From positions 50,098,001 to 50,162,000 of the forward strand of contig NC_086097.1 in assembly GCF_963921235.1 (NCBI RefSeq): a stretch of DNA of 64,000 nt. The letters are read 5' to 3'. The notes below the pieces were generated by a model. It did not search any database and was not told the DNA's origin. It saw only the letters and a program-made list of their open reading frames with translations. Both the position numbers and the translations under genes were made by a program. Positions 12,980-25,420 of the stretch are shown here, in pieces; positions within the stretch are counted from its first letter, which is position 1; each line of letters opens with the position of its first letter. This DNA comes from Mobula hypostoma. Lineage: Eukaryota.

Positions 12980-14700
12980 ATGGTGGGCTAACTATTGGAG
13001 TAGATTCTTAGAGACAGGATTTATGAGCATTTGGAGAAGCATAGAATGATTAGGGATAATCAGCATAGCTTTGTGAGGGCAGGTTATACCGCATAAGCCT
13101 GATCAAATTCTTTGAGGTGGTGACAAAACCAGTTGACCAATGTAGAGCAGTGGATGGACCATATAGACTTTAGTAAGACATTTGACAACGTTCGCCATGG
13201 TAGGCTCATTTAGAAATTCAGGAGGTGGGGGATCCAGGGAAACTTGGCTGTGTGGGTTTAGAATTGGTTTACCCATAGAAGCCAGAGGGTGGCAATAGAT
13301 GGAGAGCATTCTTCCTGAAGGTCAGTGACCATTGATGTTCTGCAGGGATCTGTTCTGAAATCGCTGTTCTTTGTGGGGTTTTTTTAAATGAATGACTTGG
13401 ATGAGAAAATGGAAGGGTTGGTTAGTAAATCTACAGAAGACACAAAGTTGATGGTGTTGTGGATAGTGTCGAAATTTGTCATAGGTTACAATAGGATATT
13501 GATCAAATGCAGAGTTAGACTGAGAAATGGCTGATGCATTTCAATCTGGAAAGGTATGAAGTGATCCACATGGGAAGGTTGAACTTGAAGGCAGAGTACG
13601 TACAGGGTTAATGGCAGGATTTTAGTAGTATGGAGGAACAGAGGGATCTTGGTATCCATGTCCATAGATCTCGCAAAGTTGGTTTAAAAAGGCATGTGGT
13701 GCATTGGCTTTCATTAGTCAGGGGATTGAGTTCAAAAGCCATGAGGTAATGTTGCTGCTTTATAAAACTCTGCTTACTCTACACTTGGAGTATTGTCACA
13801 AACATGAGAAAGTCTGCAGATGCTGGAAATCCAAAGCAACACAGACAAAGTACTGGAGGAACTCAGCAGGCCAGGCAGTATCTATGGAAAAGAGTAAACA
13901 GTCAATGTTTCGGGCCAAGACCCTTCATGGGGACTGGAAAGAGGAGAAGTCTATCAATGTTCCATTGTAACCTATGACCACTTTCTACATTATCCCCAAT
14001 ACCATCAATTTTGTGTCATCTGCAGAACTTTCTAACCCTCCATTTCCTCATCCAAGTCATTCGTAAGACTTCTCTTCCCTTCCAGTCCTGATAAATGGTC
14101 TCGGCCCAGAACATCGATTGTTTACTGTTTTCCATAGATACTATCTGGCTACTGAGTTCCTCCAGCATTTTGTGCTTGGAGTATTGCGTCAGTTCTTGTC
14201 TGCTCATTATAGGAAGGATGTGGAAACTTTAGCAAGGGTGAAGAGGCGATTTCCCAGAATGATGACTTGATTAGAGAGCACATCTTATGAAGATAGATTG
14301 AGAGAGCTAGGGCCTTTCTCTTTTGAGTGAAGAAGGATGGGGGGATGTTTTTATAGAGGTGTATAGGATGATAAGTGATATAGATACAGAGGACAAGCAT
14401 AGACTTTTTTTTCTCCGGTGGAAATGGCTAATACAAGGGGGCAAAATTTTAAGGTGATTGGAGGAAAATAAAGGGGTAGGTTATTTTATACAGAGAGCAG
14501 TGGGTGCATGGAATACGCTGCCAGGGAGATGTCAGAGTCAGACACATTAGGGACATTTAAGAGATTCTTAGATAGGTAAATGGATGGAAAAAAAATAAAG
14601 GCCTATGTGGGAGGTAAGGGTTGGATTGATCTTACAGTAGTTTAAAAGGTCAGCACACCATTGTGGGCTGAAGGGTCTGTACTGTTCTGTATTTTTAACG
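12980..14700 (+). mobile_element. Decayed CR1 3' half carrying a Penelope palindromic insert
   Basis: RT and 3' remnants similar to 5400-6700. Confidence 0.85.
13796..14174. mobile_element. Inverted pair of Penelope-like terminal repeats around an inverted CR1 piece; 12-bp TSD CTTGGAGTATTG
   Basis: TSD at 13784-13795 and 14175-14186; arms at 13797-13952 (-) and 14066-14174 (+). Confidence 0.8.
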
Positions 14701-14740
14701 CTGTCAATTTTTGGCTGTTAAGGTAATCACAGGATGTGTC

Positions 14741-16015
14741 TGTCACAATGGCGGGGCATTGGGAGCAAGGGTGGACCCAAATGCAAGACACATCTTGTGA
14801 GATTACTTAGGTTTAGTTTATTGTACGATACCAGGAGAGCAAGACAGAAGCAGGAATAGCGAACAGGATAAGGACCCAGGACTTCGACTAGGCTGGGACC
14901 TAGGGTCTGGGCTTGGACTCGGAATCGGCTCCCAAGAACCAGAGGAGACATGAAGAAGCTAGGGTATGGACTCCGAGCCCAAGACTGGGCAAGGACCCAG
15001 TACCTGGGTCTTGCCTTGGGCTCGGACCCCAGAAGCAGGCATGGACATGACATGGGCTAGGGCGAGGAGGAACATGGAAAACAGAGCCTCGGTCTCGGGA
15101 GAGCAGGTACATGCAACCATGGACACATACACAGAACAGAGAGCTGGGACCCCTCCTTGGGTACAGGACATAGGGCCGGGACTCATGACCCTCCACGGGG
15201 CAATGGAAAGACGGCCTGACTTACCCCATGGAGGCGAGGACAAGACAAGACAAGACCAGCACGAATGAACACCAGACAGTACCTATCTAGCTCTGGTGAT
15301 GGAACTAGACCGAAGTGCAGGCAGGGGCTGCAGACGAGGGCTAGAGGCGAGAGGGGCAGAGAAGGGATTCAGACTAGGGGGTAGGACAGAAATCACAGAC
15401 CGCCAGGGCCAGGACTGGACTCAGAACTGGGAAGCCTCCAGGTACAGGACTTGACATGGTGCTTGAACGCCGCCAGGGCCAGGACTTGACATGGTACTTG
15501 AACGCTGCCAGGGCCAGGACTTGACATGGTACTTGAACGCTGCCAGGGAAAGGACTTGACATGGTACTTGAACGCTGCCAGGGCCAGGACTTGACATGGT
15601 ACTTGAATGCAGGCCGGAGACAGGACTTGACTTGGAGCCTCTGGGAACAGTAGACAGCGGTTCTTGATTCCCTCCGGCGGGTTAACTGACGGACCCACCT
15701 CAGTAAGGAAACTTTGCAGGCTCGCTTTGGTGAGGTAACTTGACAAGGTTGCTCCGGTGAGGAAAGGTGAATTACTGGCACTCGCTTTGGGCGGAGACTA
15801 GGCTTGCTCCGGCTAGATGAGGTTGGTATGCCGTGACTTTGCAGACGCTCCCACACCGAACGGCTCAAAGCCGGAGACTATAAACTACTGGTTCAGCCGA
15901 GTGCTAATTGCCTCTAATCACTGAAGTCGAGGGACATGGGAAAACAGGGAATCAATGGTCTGGATTGTAACATAAACAAGGTAAATGTAAAGGGACCCCG
16001 ATCCGGACCATGACA
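14741..16015 (-). mobile_element. Solo LTR (Gypsy/BEL-like) with an internal minisatellite
   Basis: Termini TGTCA...TGACA; flanks GTGTC/GTGCC (5 bp, one mismatch); AATAAA on the minus strand near 14820. Confidence 0.75.
15446..15610. repeat. 35-bp tandem repeat, ~5 copies (aggacttgacatggtacttgaacgctgccagggcc)
   Basis: Units start at 15446, 15481, 15516, 15551 and 15586. Confidence 0.95.
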
Positions 16016-16789
16016 GTGCCCTACCTCAACAACATTAATGCTAAGTGCAGGGAACTCTGAAATGAACTGGAGAAGGGAGGCTTGGACATTTTTACGTAGT
16101 CAGCTGCTGTCAGAAAAAACGTAAGCAAACGTAAATATCAGTGGACAACTAGCCACCTCTCTGCTGCATTAACAAGGAATATACATTATGTTTTAGAACA
16201 AATCAAGGCAATGGCATAAAAAGCTGCAAGTTTCCTTTACTGCATAGATATGGAAAACTAAATGAAATCCTCGGTGAACCTTATTTTTTGTTAAAAGAAA
16301 ACTAGGCACTGAATAGAACCTATGTACAGCAGCAGTAATCAATTTCACAACTAAATGTGGATAATTGAAAATCCAGAGATCTCCAGTAATTGCTTCAATC
16401 ACAAGGTGATATTTTGCAAGAGAAGTAGGTCTTCAGTCCACATTTATTCTGGAATTCTGTCAGCAAAATACTAATTATTTTAAGCAGTAATTTTTGGAAC
16501 GCATCTACTTGTATTGCTTAATTTGGATAACAAATATGCAGATGAAGGAATGCAGATCGTCAAATAATGACATAACAGCTTTGTCAAATTGGACTGCATG
16601 TGCATGTTTAACACAGTAAATCTAACACATTCTTTTGAAATCAAACCCCCTTCAGCTGAGAGTCAAAGTCTAACATCCTGAACATGTCGTAAACTTTAGG
16701 GGGTCCCTTGTGCTAGCCACAGGAAAAATACAGAAACTGCTGGAAACATTGAACAGATCACATAACATCAACAAACAGGGAACATAAGA

Positions 16790-18900
16790 ATCAGAAGCTG
16801 GAGCGAGATGCTCCACTATTCAGCAAGATCATTGGTGATATGATAGTAACTTGCTTATCAAGAATCTAACTGCCTCTGTCTTAAAATAGCCAAAGACTGT
16901 TATCACTCCCCTTTGAAGGAAACTGTTCCAGGGACTCGTGGCCTGCTGAGAGAGAATAAAAATCACCTCAACTATTTCAAATAAGTGACCACTTATTTTA
17001 AAATGATGATCCTTTAAATCCAGGTGTGCCATGAGAACCTTCTCCACACTCACTCCATCAAAACCCTTCGGGACGTTATATGCTCCAGTATTCTCTTGCT
17101 TTTCTGAATTCCACCAGATATAAACCTAGATTATTGAATATTTTCCTCATAAACACATCCACTCATTCCAGATATCAGTTTAGCAACTCTTCTTTGATCC
17201 ATTTCCAATCAACTTATATTCTTAAATAAGGAGACCGGTACTCCCTTAAGTGAAATTGCATTTCTTGGTCAAAGCCCATTTAATTTGACTCTAACTCCTC
17301 CAAAATATAATAGTATCCCTGGTGCACCTAATTATGGTATTTGTGATGTCTCTACGTCAAGTAGCACTGGGCAGGCATTTTCAGACTGCTGACACAGTGA
17401 TGAAATTATATCTGAGATACCTAGTGCAAAGCTGAAACCATAAGCACAAGGCTTGGAAATTTAGTGTAGGTAACATTGTAATGAAAACGTAGAATTTTTA
17501 TTTCAAACTTGTGGTAATTCCCAAATTTCTGCTAACTGCTTTCCCCTCCCCCATTTCTTTTCCAGCTTTTTTCTTTTCTCTCTCTTCCTGATACAACTGG
17601 CCCCATTACCCTACCTTTTCTTCCCCACGCCATCTTCCCACCCCCACACGTTCCTCCCACTAGTTCCCTTCACCACCTCCCTCCTTTTATTCCATGCTAC
17701 ATCTTCTTCAATCAGATTGCATCATCTTCAACTCTTTGTCACTTCCATCTATCACCTTCTTGTTTGGGACAATATTCCTACTCGCGCTCTCACTCTCTAC
17801 CTATTGCTCTTCTCACCTGGATCCACCTAGCACCTGCCAGCTCCTTGGTCCGACCCTTCCCTCCGACTTTTTACACTGGTTAACTGACTTCTTTCTTACA
17901 CTCCATAAGAGATGTCTCATTCTGAAATGCTGACTGTCCATTTCCCTCCATAAATGTTGTTTGACCCACTGACTTCCTTCAGCACTTTGTGTGTTGCTTC
18001 AGGTTCCACCATTTACAGTTTGTGTCTCGGATTTGGTGTCTTCGGAGAAGACTTGATGGGCTGAATGGCCTATACCTGCTCCTATGTTAATGATCTTTAT
18101 GGTTACAATTGTACAGAGAGGCAATACCTGGAGTATTCTACACAGTTTTGCCTCCTTATCTTTGGACTACCTCCAACAGTCCAAAGGAGATTAACCAGGT
18201 TAATTCCTGGAATGAGAGGGTTGTCATAGAAACATAGAAAACCTACAGCACAATACAGGCCTTTCAGCCCACAATGCTGTGCTGAACATGTACTTACTGA
18301 AATTACCGAGGGTTACCCATAGCCCTCTATTTTTCTAAGCTCCGTGTGTCTATCCACCAGTCTCTTAAAAGACCCTATTGTATCCACCTCCACCACTGTC
18401 GCCGGCAGCCCATTTCACGTACTCACCACTCTCTGCATTTCTAAAAAAAAACTTACCCCTGACATTTCCTGTGTACCTACTTCTAAGCAGCTTAAAACCG
18501 TGCCCCCTATTAAAACTAAACAGTTTGTATTTATATTCTTTGGCATTTAGAAGAATGAAGGGTGACATTATTAAGACATATAAGATCTTGACGGGGCATA
18601 ACAAGGTAGATGTTGAGATGTTTTCACTAATGGGAGAATCTTAAACTAGAGAATATAATCATAAGATATGGGGATTGTCATGTAAAAGATGTCTTAATTT
18701 CTTTTCACAAAGGGTAATGAATCTCTGATATTCTCTTTCCCAGAGGGTTGCTGGAGGCAGAGTTATTTAGGGTGGAGGTAGATTTTTTTTTTGAAATATT
18801 GAGGAATTGATGGCTATGAGGAACTGGTGTGGAAGAGGAGCTGAGCCCAGCATTGATTAGCCATGGAGTTAGCTGAATGGCAGGGCAGGCTTGAGGGGCC
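16790..18900. mobile_element. Cluster of old fragments: CR1 (-) ~16790-17250, Penelope-like end (+) ~17520-18030, CR1 (+) ~18030-18900 with a younger CR1 3' end (-) at ~18225-18505
   Basis: Similarity to CR1 3' ends and Penelope tails elsewhere in the window. Confidence 0.65.
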
Positions 18901-20226
18901 AGTTAGAATACTGCTGTTTTTGTGTGTGTGTGTGTGTTTTGTTTTCTTTTGTAAATTTCCTTTTGCAACTGGAAACACTTGTCTTTACATTAAACCTAAG
19001 TTGGCCAGATTGGTCTGTTGGATACTGTTCATTTTAAATATCCTTTTTGATTTTGGGAGCTGCGACCAGACTAAAGGAAAGAGGTGATGATGAGTGTTGC
19101 CATTAAACTCAAGTACCCTAAATTATTAATAATACATGAGTGTTGTTTTGTTCTAAATTTGAGTTGGATACCCACTTGACCCAGCATTTCAGGGCTCTTG
19201 CTTGTGTACAAATAATAAGACTTTGAAACCTTTGAACTTAATCCTCTTGTAAATCCTTTAACTGCTCATATATTTCTCCCTCTCCTTTTCTAGTCAAATT
19301 ATTGAGACTTCCCTACTGCTCTTTCAGCAATTTTTCCCAGTAGCTGGCTCACTACACTGACCACTTCTGAAACAATTGATCCTTCACTCCATGAAAACAT
19401 CTCTGTTCGTCACCCATAGAATCAAACCCTCCTCCAACTGTTTCAGGCAAAATAAACCTGAAGAAACTACTGTATGTGAATAAATGACAGCATTTTATTT
19501 AACCAGTAAACTTAGCTTTTAAACATTGAAACATCTTAAGACCTTATCAGAACATTCATTTAGAAAATGAAAATACCAAGAACCTGAGGACCTATTCTTT
19601 TTGTAAAGCTGGCCCAACTATTATGGATGGATTATAATTAGGTTTAACCTTACCTTCCACAGAACTGGCATGATGTGTAATATAATGTGCTCTTTGAACT
19701 ATTAATAGTTCTCGCCATTTTAAATGATGTTATATTGTTCATTTTCATTAATTATCTTGTCACTGTAGATTTTACAGAATATGGGAATGGGATTAAAAGG
19801 TATTAGTTAAAATAAAATATAAAGTAGATTAAATAGACTGAATGGCTCTTGGATTAAAGTTCTCACCAAAGGCATTAACTAGTGGAATACTAAATGGGTT
19901 TGTTCTACTTATGATTTTATCACTTGCTGTCTAATGGAATCCTGAACGTGAATAGTCCATCCATCCCCTTTAAATACAGTAAAGATAACTGATGATATGT
20001 ACATGTGAGAATGGAAATATGATAATCATTTTAACATTGTGAATGTGTTATCTGCATACCTGCTGCTAATTCACTTTCTCTCAATGTCTCTTCTTTCCAG
20101 TAATACAAGTATTATAAACTGCATGAAAATTATTCTTAATTGCATTGATGAAAGTAAGTTTTTAAGAAAATAATACTGTCAATGTACATAGAAAATATTT
20201 GATTTGTTACAAAAATATAAGCTTAC

Positions 20227-20393
20227 CACTGACTTGGTTCCTTTCCCGTCAATAGACTCCAATTCAATAGAGCTGGGTATTCTTCGTTTCAGGCAATATT
20301 GCATTTTGTATGGTTCAGAATACTGCAAAATCTTGAGTGCATCTTCATACTTAACATTGTCAAAATAAATTGTAGCACTGATAAGTTGATCAC
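20227..20393 (-). CDS. AHNAK2: AHNAK2 PDZ domain, second half: (G)[55 protein letters not shown]
   Basis: Acceptor ccatcag and donor gtaagc; 167 nt, phase 1 to 0. [16 protein letters not shown] matches AHNAK2 rather than periaxin (EDALRLLQCAEPYK). Confidence 0.95.
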
Positions 20394-20479
20394 CTGATGG
20401 AAAACAAAACCATAAAGTTTGGTGATAGGATCATGAAATGAATTAAAAACTTTCTGTATCTTTGGCAATTTTCCTTAAT

Positions 20480-20675
20480 TAAGGTATAATACATCTGTTA
20501 GTCTATTCACCAATTTTGGGGATGTGGTAAGAAACTGGAGCTCTTGGGGGAAGTCCATGCAGTTTCATAGACAATGCACAAATTCCACATAGATGGCACC
20601 AGAAGTTGGGATTGAAGCGATTTCAGTGGAGTTGTGAGGCAATAGCATTACCTGCTGCAACACTATGCTGCCCCA
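20480..20675 (-). mobile_element. Decayed tRNA-derived SINE
   Basis: Minus strand ggggcagcatagtgttgcagc...ttcaatcccaact...gtttcttaccacatccca resembles the other SINE copies. Confidence 0.6.
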
Positions 20676-20719
20676 TGAAGATGATGGCTGGTTCAAAAAT
20701 TTCTTTTATTTGAGAAGTG

Positions 20720-21090
20720 ACTGGTGAGACCTCACTTGGAGTGCTGTGGGCAGTTTTGGTCTCCTTATTTAAGAAAGGATGTGCTGACGTTGGAGACGGT
20801 ACAGAGAAGATTCACTAGAATGATTCCGGGAATGAGAGGGTTAACATATGAGGAACGTTTGTCCACTCTTCGACTGTATTCCTTGAAGTTTTGAAGAATG
20901 AGGGGAGACCTTATAGAAACATTTCGAATGTTGAAAGGCATGGACAGAGTGGATGTGGCAAAGTTGTTTCCCATGATGAGGTAGTCTAGTACGAGAGGGC
21001 ATGACTTAAGGATTGAAGGGTGCCCATTCAGAACAGAAATGTGAAGAAATTTTTTTAGCCAGAGGGTGGTGAATCTATGGAACTTGCTGC
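20720..21090 (+). mobile_element. CR1 3' fragment
   Basis: RPHLECCGQFWSPYLRKDVLTLETVQRRFTRMIPG-type coding remnant. Confidence 0.85.
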
Positions 21091-21094
21091 CATT

Positions 21095-22370
21095 GATTTA
21101 CCTACCACCTCACCAGCCTCCGGGTCCAATATATAATTCTCCGAAACTTCCGCCACCTCCAACAGGATCCCACCACCAAGCACATCTTTCCCTCCCCCAC
21201 CCTTTCTGCTTTCCACAGGGATCGCTCCCTACGCGACTCCCTTGTCCATTTGTTGTCCCCCACCCCATCCCCTCCCACCAATTTCCCTCCCAGCACTTAT
21301 CCTCGTAAACGGAACAAGTGCTACACATGCCGTTACACTTCCTCCCTCACCACCATTCAGGGCCCCAGACAGTCCTTCCAGGTGAGGCGACATTTCACCT
21401 GTGAGTCGGCTGGTGTGATATACTGTCTCCGGTGCTCCCGATGCGGCCTTCTATATATTGGCGAGACCCAGTGCAGGCTGGGAGACCATTTCGCTGAACA
21501 CCAACGCTTTGTCCGCCGGAGAAAGCAGGATCTCCCAGTGGCCACACATTTTAATTCCACTGTGGCGACCCACTTTCTACGCAGGCGAACCGGTTCACAA
21601 AATGGCGCGTGCGTCGGCAGAGAGGCCAGCCCCAAAATGGCGCTGGGCCTTGTTCTTCACCGGCAAGGGGAAGAAAGCCCGCACGCAGGAAGAGACTTTT
21701 GTAAGCACCTCTGATGTCATTTCCGCCTGGAGAGGGCGGGAACGGAACAGCGTAAAAGCCAGTGCCGCGAAGTTTGAATAAACTAGTCTCAAGTGCAACT
21801 TACAGACTGCGTGTCATTATTTCTAGCTCTGTGTGTAGCACATCGCTACACCATGTCTCATTCCCATTCAAGAAGAAGCCACACTCAGGTTAGAGGAACA
21901 ACACCTTATACTCCAACCTGATGGCACGAACATTGACTTCTCTAACTTCCGTTAAAGCCCCTCCTCCCCTCTTACCCCATCCCTTATTATTATTATTTAT
22001 ATTTTCCCCCTTTCTCTTTTTTTTCTTCCTCTCTTTTTTCTCCCTCTGTCCCTCTCACTATAACTCCTTGCCATCTCCATCTTCCTCTGGTGCTCCTCTC
22101 CTCCCATCCCATGATCCTCTCCCTTCTCCAGCCTTGTATCCCTTTTGCCAATCAATTTTCCAGCTCTTAGCTCCATCCTTCCCCCTCCTGTCTTCTTCTA
22201 TCATTTCGGATCTCCCCCTCCCCTTCCCATTTTCAAATCTCTTACTATCTCTTCTTTCAGTTAGTCCTGACAAAGGGTCTCGGCCTGAAACATTGACTGT
22301 ACCTTTTCCTATAGATGCTGCCTGGCCTGCTGCATTCCACCAGCATTTTGTGTGTGTTGCTTTGATTTCT
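21095..22370 (+). mobile_element. Penelope-like element, 3' part: GIY-YIG endonuclease and pseudo-LTR
   Basis: ORF 21250: KCYTC...FTCESAGVIYCLRCSRCGLLYIGET...FAEH; pyrimidine-rich 3' region with a hammerhead-like motif. Confidence 0.92.
21561..21850 (+). mobile_element. 290-bp solo LTR (Gypsy-like) inserted in the Penelope endonuclease
   Basis: Termini TGTGGCGA...TCGCTACA; 4-bp TSD CCAC/CCAT; AATAAA near 21777; the Penelope sequence resumes after it. Confidence 0.88.
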
Positions 22371-22809
22371 GGTGCAGTTACAGAACTGTATACTTAACTA
22401 TCGATGATGATGATACTTAAAAATAATCAATTCAATACATATCACTTTATGGAATTTATAGAGAACATATGTAACATTGTATAAATGTAATATATTCTAT
22501 GACTAAGTAAAATGCACTGGTCATAGAATCAGTAAGGTATGAGAGGAAGCTTTTCTGCCCATCAAGTCCAGCTGCTTGTAAGGCAATCCAGTAGTGCATG
22601 CAGCAAGTTCCAAATTACAATTATCTTATGCATAAAAAAAGTCTTTTTTTTCTCACATCCCATTGTACATTGTGCTCATCTTTGAATCTATGTCTTCTAG
22701 TTCTTGAACTATTTATTACTGACAACTTCATTTCAAATCAGTTTCGGCAAAGAGAAACAATCCCAACTTCTCCTGCAATTTTGTTATTTTTGAATGCACA
22801 CACTATACA

Positions 22810-23720
22810 GCTAAGGTAGATGATTTTGTAGACACAATTAGAGTTTGGCAGATATGACATCCTAAGCATCACTGAGTTGTGGGTGAAAGAAGATCATAGT
22901 TAGGAGCTTACCATTTAAGGGTGCACCGTGTATCAAAAGGACAGGCAGGAAGGCAGAGGGAGTAGGATGTTTCTGTTGGTAAAAAATTAAATCAAATCCT
23001 TGAAGAGGAGACAAAGGATCAGAAGATGTAGAATCCTTGCGGGCAGAATTAAGAAACAGCAAGGGTAAAAAGATCCTGTTGTGAGTTATACAGGATTCAA
23101 ATAGTAGCCAGGATGTGGAATACAAATTAAAATAGGAGATAGAAAAGGCAACGTTGTGGTGAGGAATGGCAATTTCAATATGCAAGTACACTGGAAAATT
23201 CAGCTTGATGCTGGATTCCAGGAAAGGAAATTTGTAGCACTGAGACGAGAAAATCTGCAGATGCTGGAAATCCAAACAACATACACAAAGTGCTAGAGGA
23301 GCTCAGCAGGCCAGGCAGCATCTATGGAAAAATGTAAACAGTCAATGTTCCAAGCAGAGACCCTTCATCAGGACTGGAGGGAAAAGAAAATGAGAAGTTG
23401 GATCAAGGCAGTAGGGGGAGGGGAGCAAGAGGTACATGGTGATAGGTGGAACTGGGAGGGGGGAGGGGTAAAGTAAAGGACTGGGAAGCTAATAGATGAA
23501 AGAGATAAAGGGCTAGAGAAGGGTAGAAAACCAGAAGGAGGCGATGGGCAAGTAAGGATATGAGGTGAGAGAGGGAAACAGCAATGGGGGGGGGAAATTA
23601 CCTCAAAATTCTGGGAATTCCCCTCCCTTCACAATTCCCATTCCCGTTTTCCTGTTTCTCCTATCTCCTTGCCTGCCATCACTTCCCTCTGGTGCACCTT
23701 TCCTTTCTCTTTCTTTGATG
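22810..23720. mobile_element. CR1 APE fragment (+, to ~23240), then a Penelope end (-, ~23243-23610) with a short inverted piece (~23620-23720)
   Basis: Homologous to the CR1 APE copies and to the reverse complement of 21950-22370. Confidence 0.75.
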
Positions 23721-23757
23721 CGCTATGATTCTATGAATGGGATTGAGAGGAATAACA

Positions 23758-24365
23758 CGAGGGGTGATTGATAAGTTCGTGGCCTAAGGTAGAAGGAGTC
23801 AATTTTAGAAAAGTTAGCACATTTATTTTTCCTACATTTACACACTTAGTCCAGTAGTCATGGATCATACGGATCCCTTCTTTGTAGAAGTCAACATCTT
23901 GGACCTCCACAAGTGGTCCACAGCAGGGGTGATTGATAAGTTCGTGGCCTAAGGTGGAATAAGATGAGGAGAAACTTCAAATTTTCTGCATTTTCACTCA
24001 GAGTTGAACTGCACGTACATATAACAAGAGCTGTATAACTCATCTCCTTCTAGCTTAGGCCACTAACTTATCAATCACCCCTGCTGTGGACCACCTGGAG
24101 GTCCAAGATGCTCTCATTATATGCATGTGCAGTTCAACTCTCTGAGTGATAATGCAGAAAGTTTGAAGTTAATAACTCATCTCCTTCTACCCTAGGCCAC
24201 GAACTTATCAATCACCCCTGCTGCAGACCACTTCTACAAAGAAGGGATCCGTATTCTCCACGACCACTGGACTAAGTGTGTACATGTAGGAGGGGACTAT
24301 GTTGAAAAATAAATGTGCTATTGACTCCTCCTACCTTAGGCCATGAAATTATCAATCACCCCTCG
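23758..24365. mobile_element. Mariner-like MITE, quasi-palindromic, with five TIR copies
   Basis: TIR CGAGGGGTGATTGATAAGTTCGTGGCCTAAGGTAG at both ends; CA and TA flanks (TA TSD, one mutated); inserted in a CR1 3' tail. Confidence 0.88.
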
Positions 24366-25420
24366 TAAATCAGCCATGATAGAATAGTGGGGAAGACTCT
24401 GGGTTAAATGGCCTAATTCTGCTCCTGTGTCTTATGGTCTTAAGGTCTTTTGTACCTGAAACTTAAGATCCCGGGATCTATTTAATTGAAGAAAGAATCA
24501 AGAAATTTTATTACCATGTCGTAGTCCATGCAACTTTACATATAAAAGAAAGCATTTGAGTTACTCAGCACTCAAGTCACATAATGGACTTCAGAAAAGT
24601 TTCTGGAGCCAACAGATGGAGCTTGGAATTTTTTTGTCCAGTAAAACTGTGATGACTGAATTCTTGCATATATTCAAAGATGAGCTAGTCTTTTCATCTT
24701 GTTGGAGGAACCTAGGAATACGGAGATGGGCAGGAAAATGGACCAGGGAAGTTGACTCATCCATGATCTTACAGTGGGGGGAAAAAAGGGGGTTAAGAGG
24801 GAAAAAAAATAGCCATGGTTGAATGGTGGGGCAGATTTTATGGGCCAAATGGACTAATATTGCTCCTATATTTTATGGTCTTATGAAAAATGCTCAAGAC
24901 GCTGAATTGCCTCTATTCCTATTATAGTCATAGTACATTTACACATAAATTTATTTTTATTTCATATTTTTCTGTAATATTTCAACAACTGTTTTCGGCA
25001 TTACTCTTGCAGTTTTATGCTAGCATTTAAGTTATTCATCTGAAGTAATTTCTATGGGAATTTTAGCAGATATACTAATCTATTTTAAAATATACTTGCA
25101 GTGGTATAAGACACTGGTGAAGCTTCACCTGGATTATTGTGCACAGATTTGGTCACCTTGTTATAGGAAAGATATCATTAAGCTAAAAAGATGGCAAAGA
25201 AGATTTACAAGGATGTTACCAAGTCTCAAGGGAGACTGAGTAGATAACTTTATAGAGATGTATAAAATTATGAGGGGCCTAGATAGGGTGAAGATACAGT
25301 TTTTTTTACCAAGGTACAGTGGTGTTTATATGAAACAATCTGTCAGAAAGCAGTTAAGTCAGGTTCAATAACAACATTTTTTTAAAAACGGATGAAATAG
25401 ATGGTTCGGAAGTATATGTC

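Noticed and set aside
15446..15610. 35-bp repeats as a CRISPR array
   Set aside because: Head-to-tail units with no unique spacers, inside a eukaryotic LTR, and no cas genes.
14727..15868. Several 94-164 aa overlapping ORFs
   Set aside because: They arise from GC-rich LTR and minisatellite sequence and show no recognisable domain.
19330..19457. Candidate extra AHNAK2 exon after an acceptor-like tttcttcag
   Set aside because: In the required phase 0 it reads VYFA then stop, with no similarity to AHNAK2.
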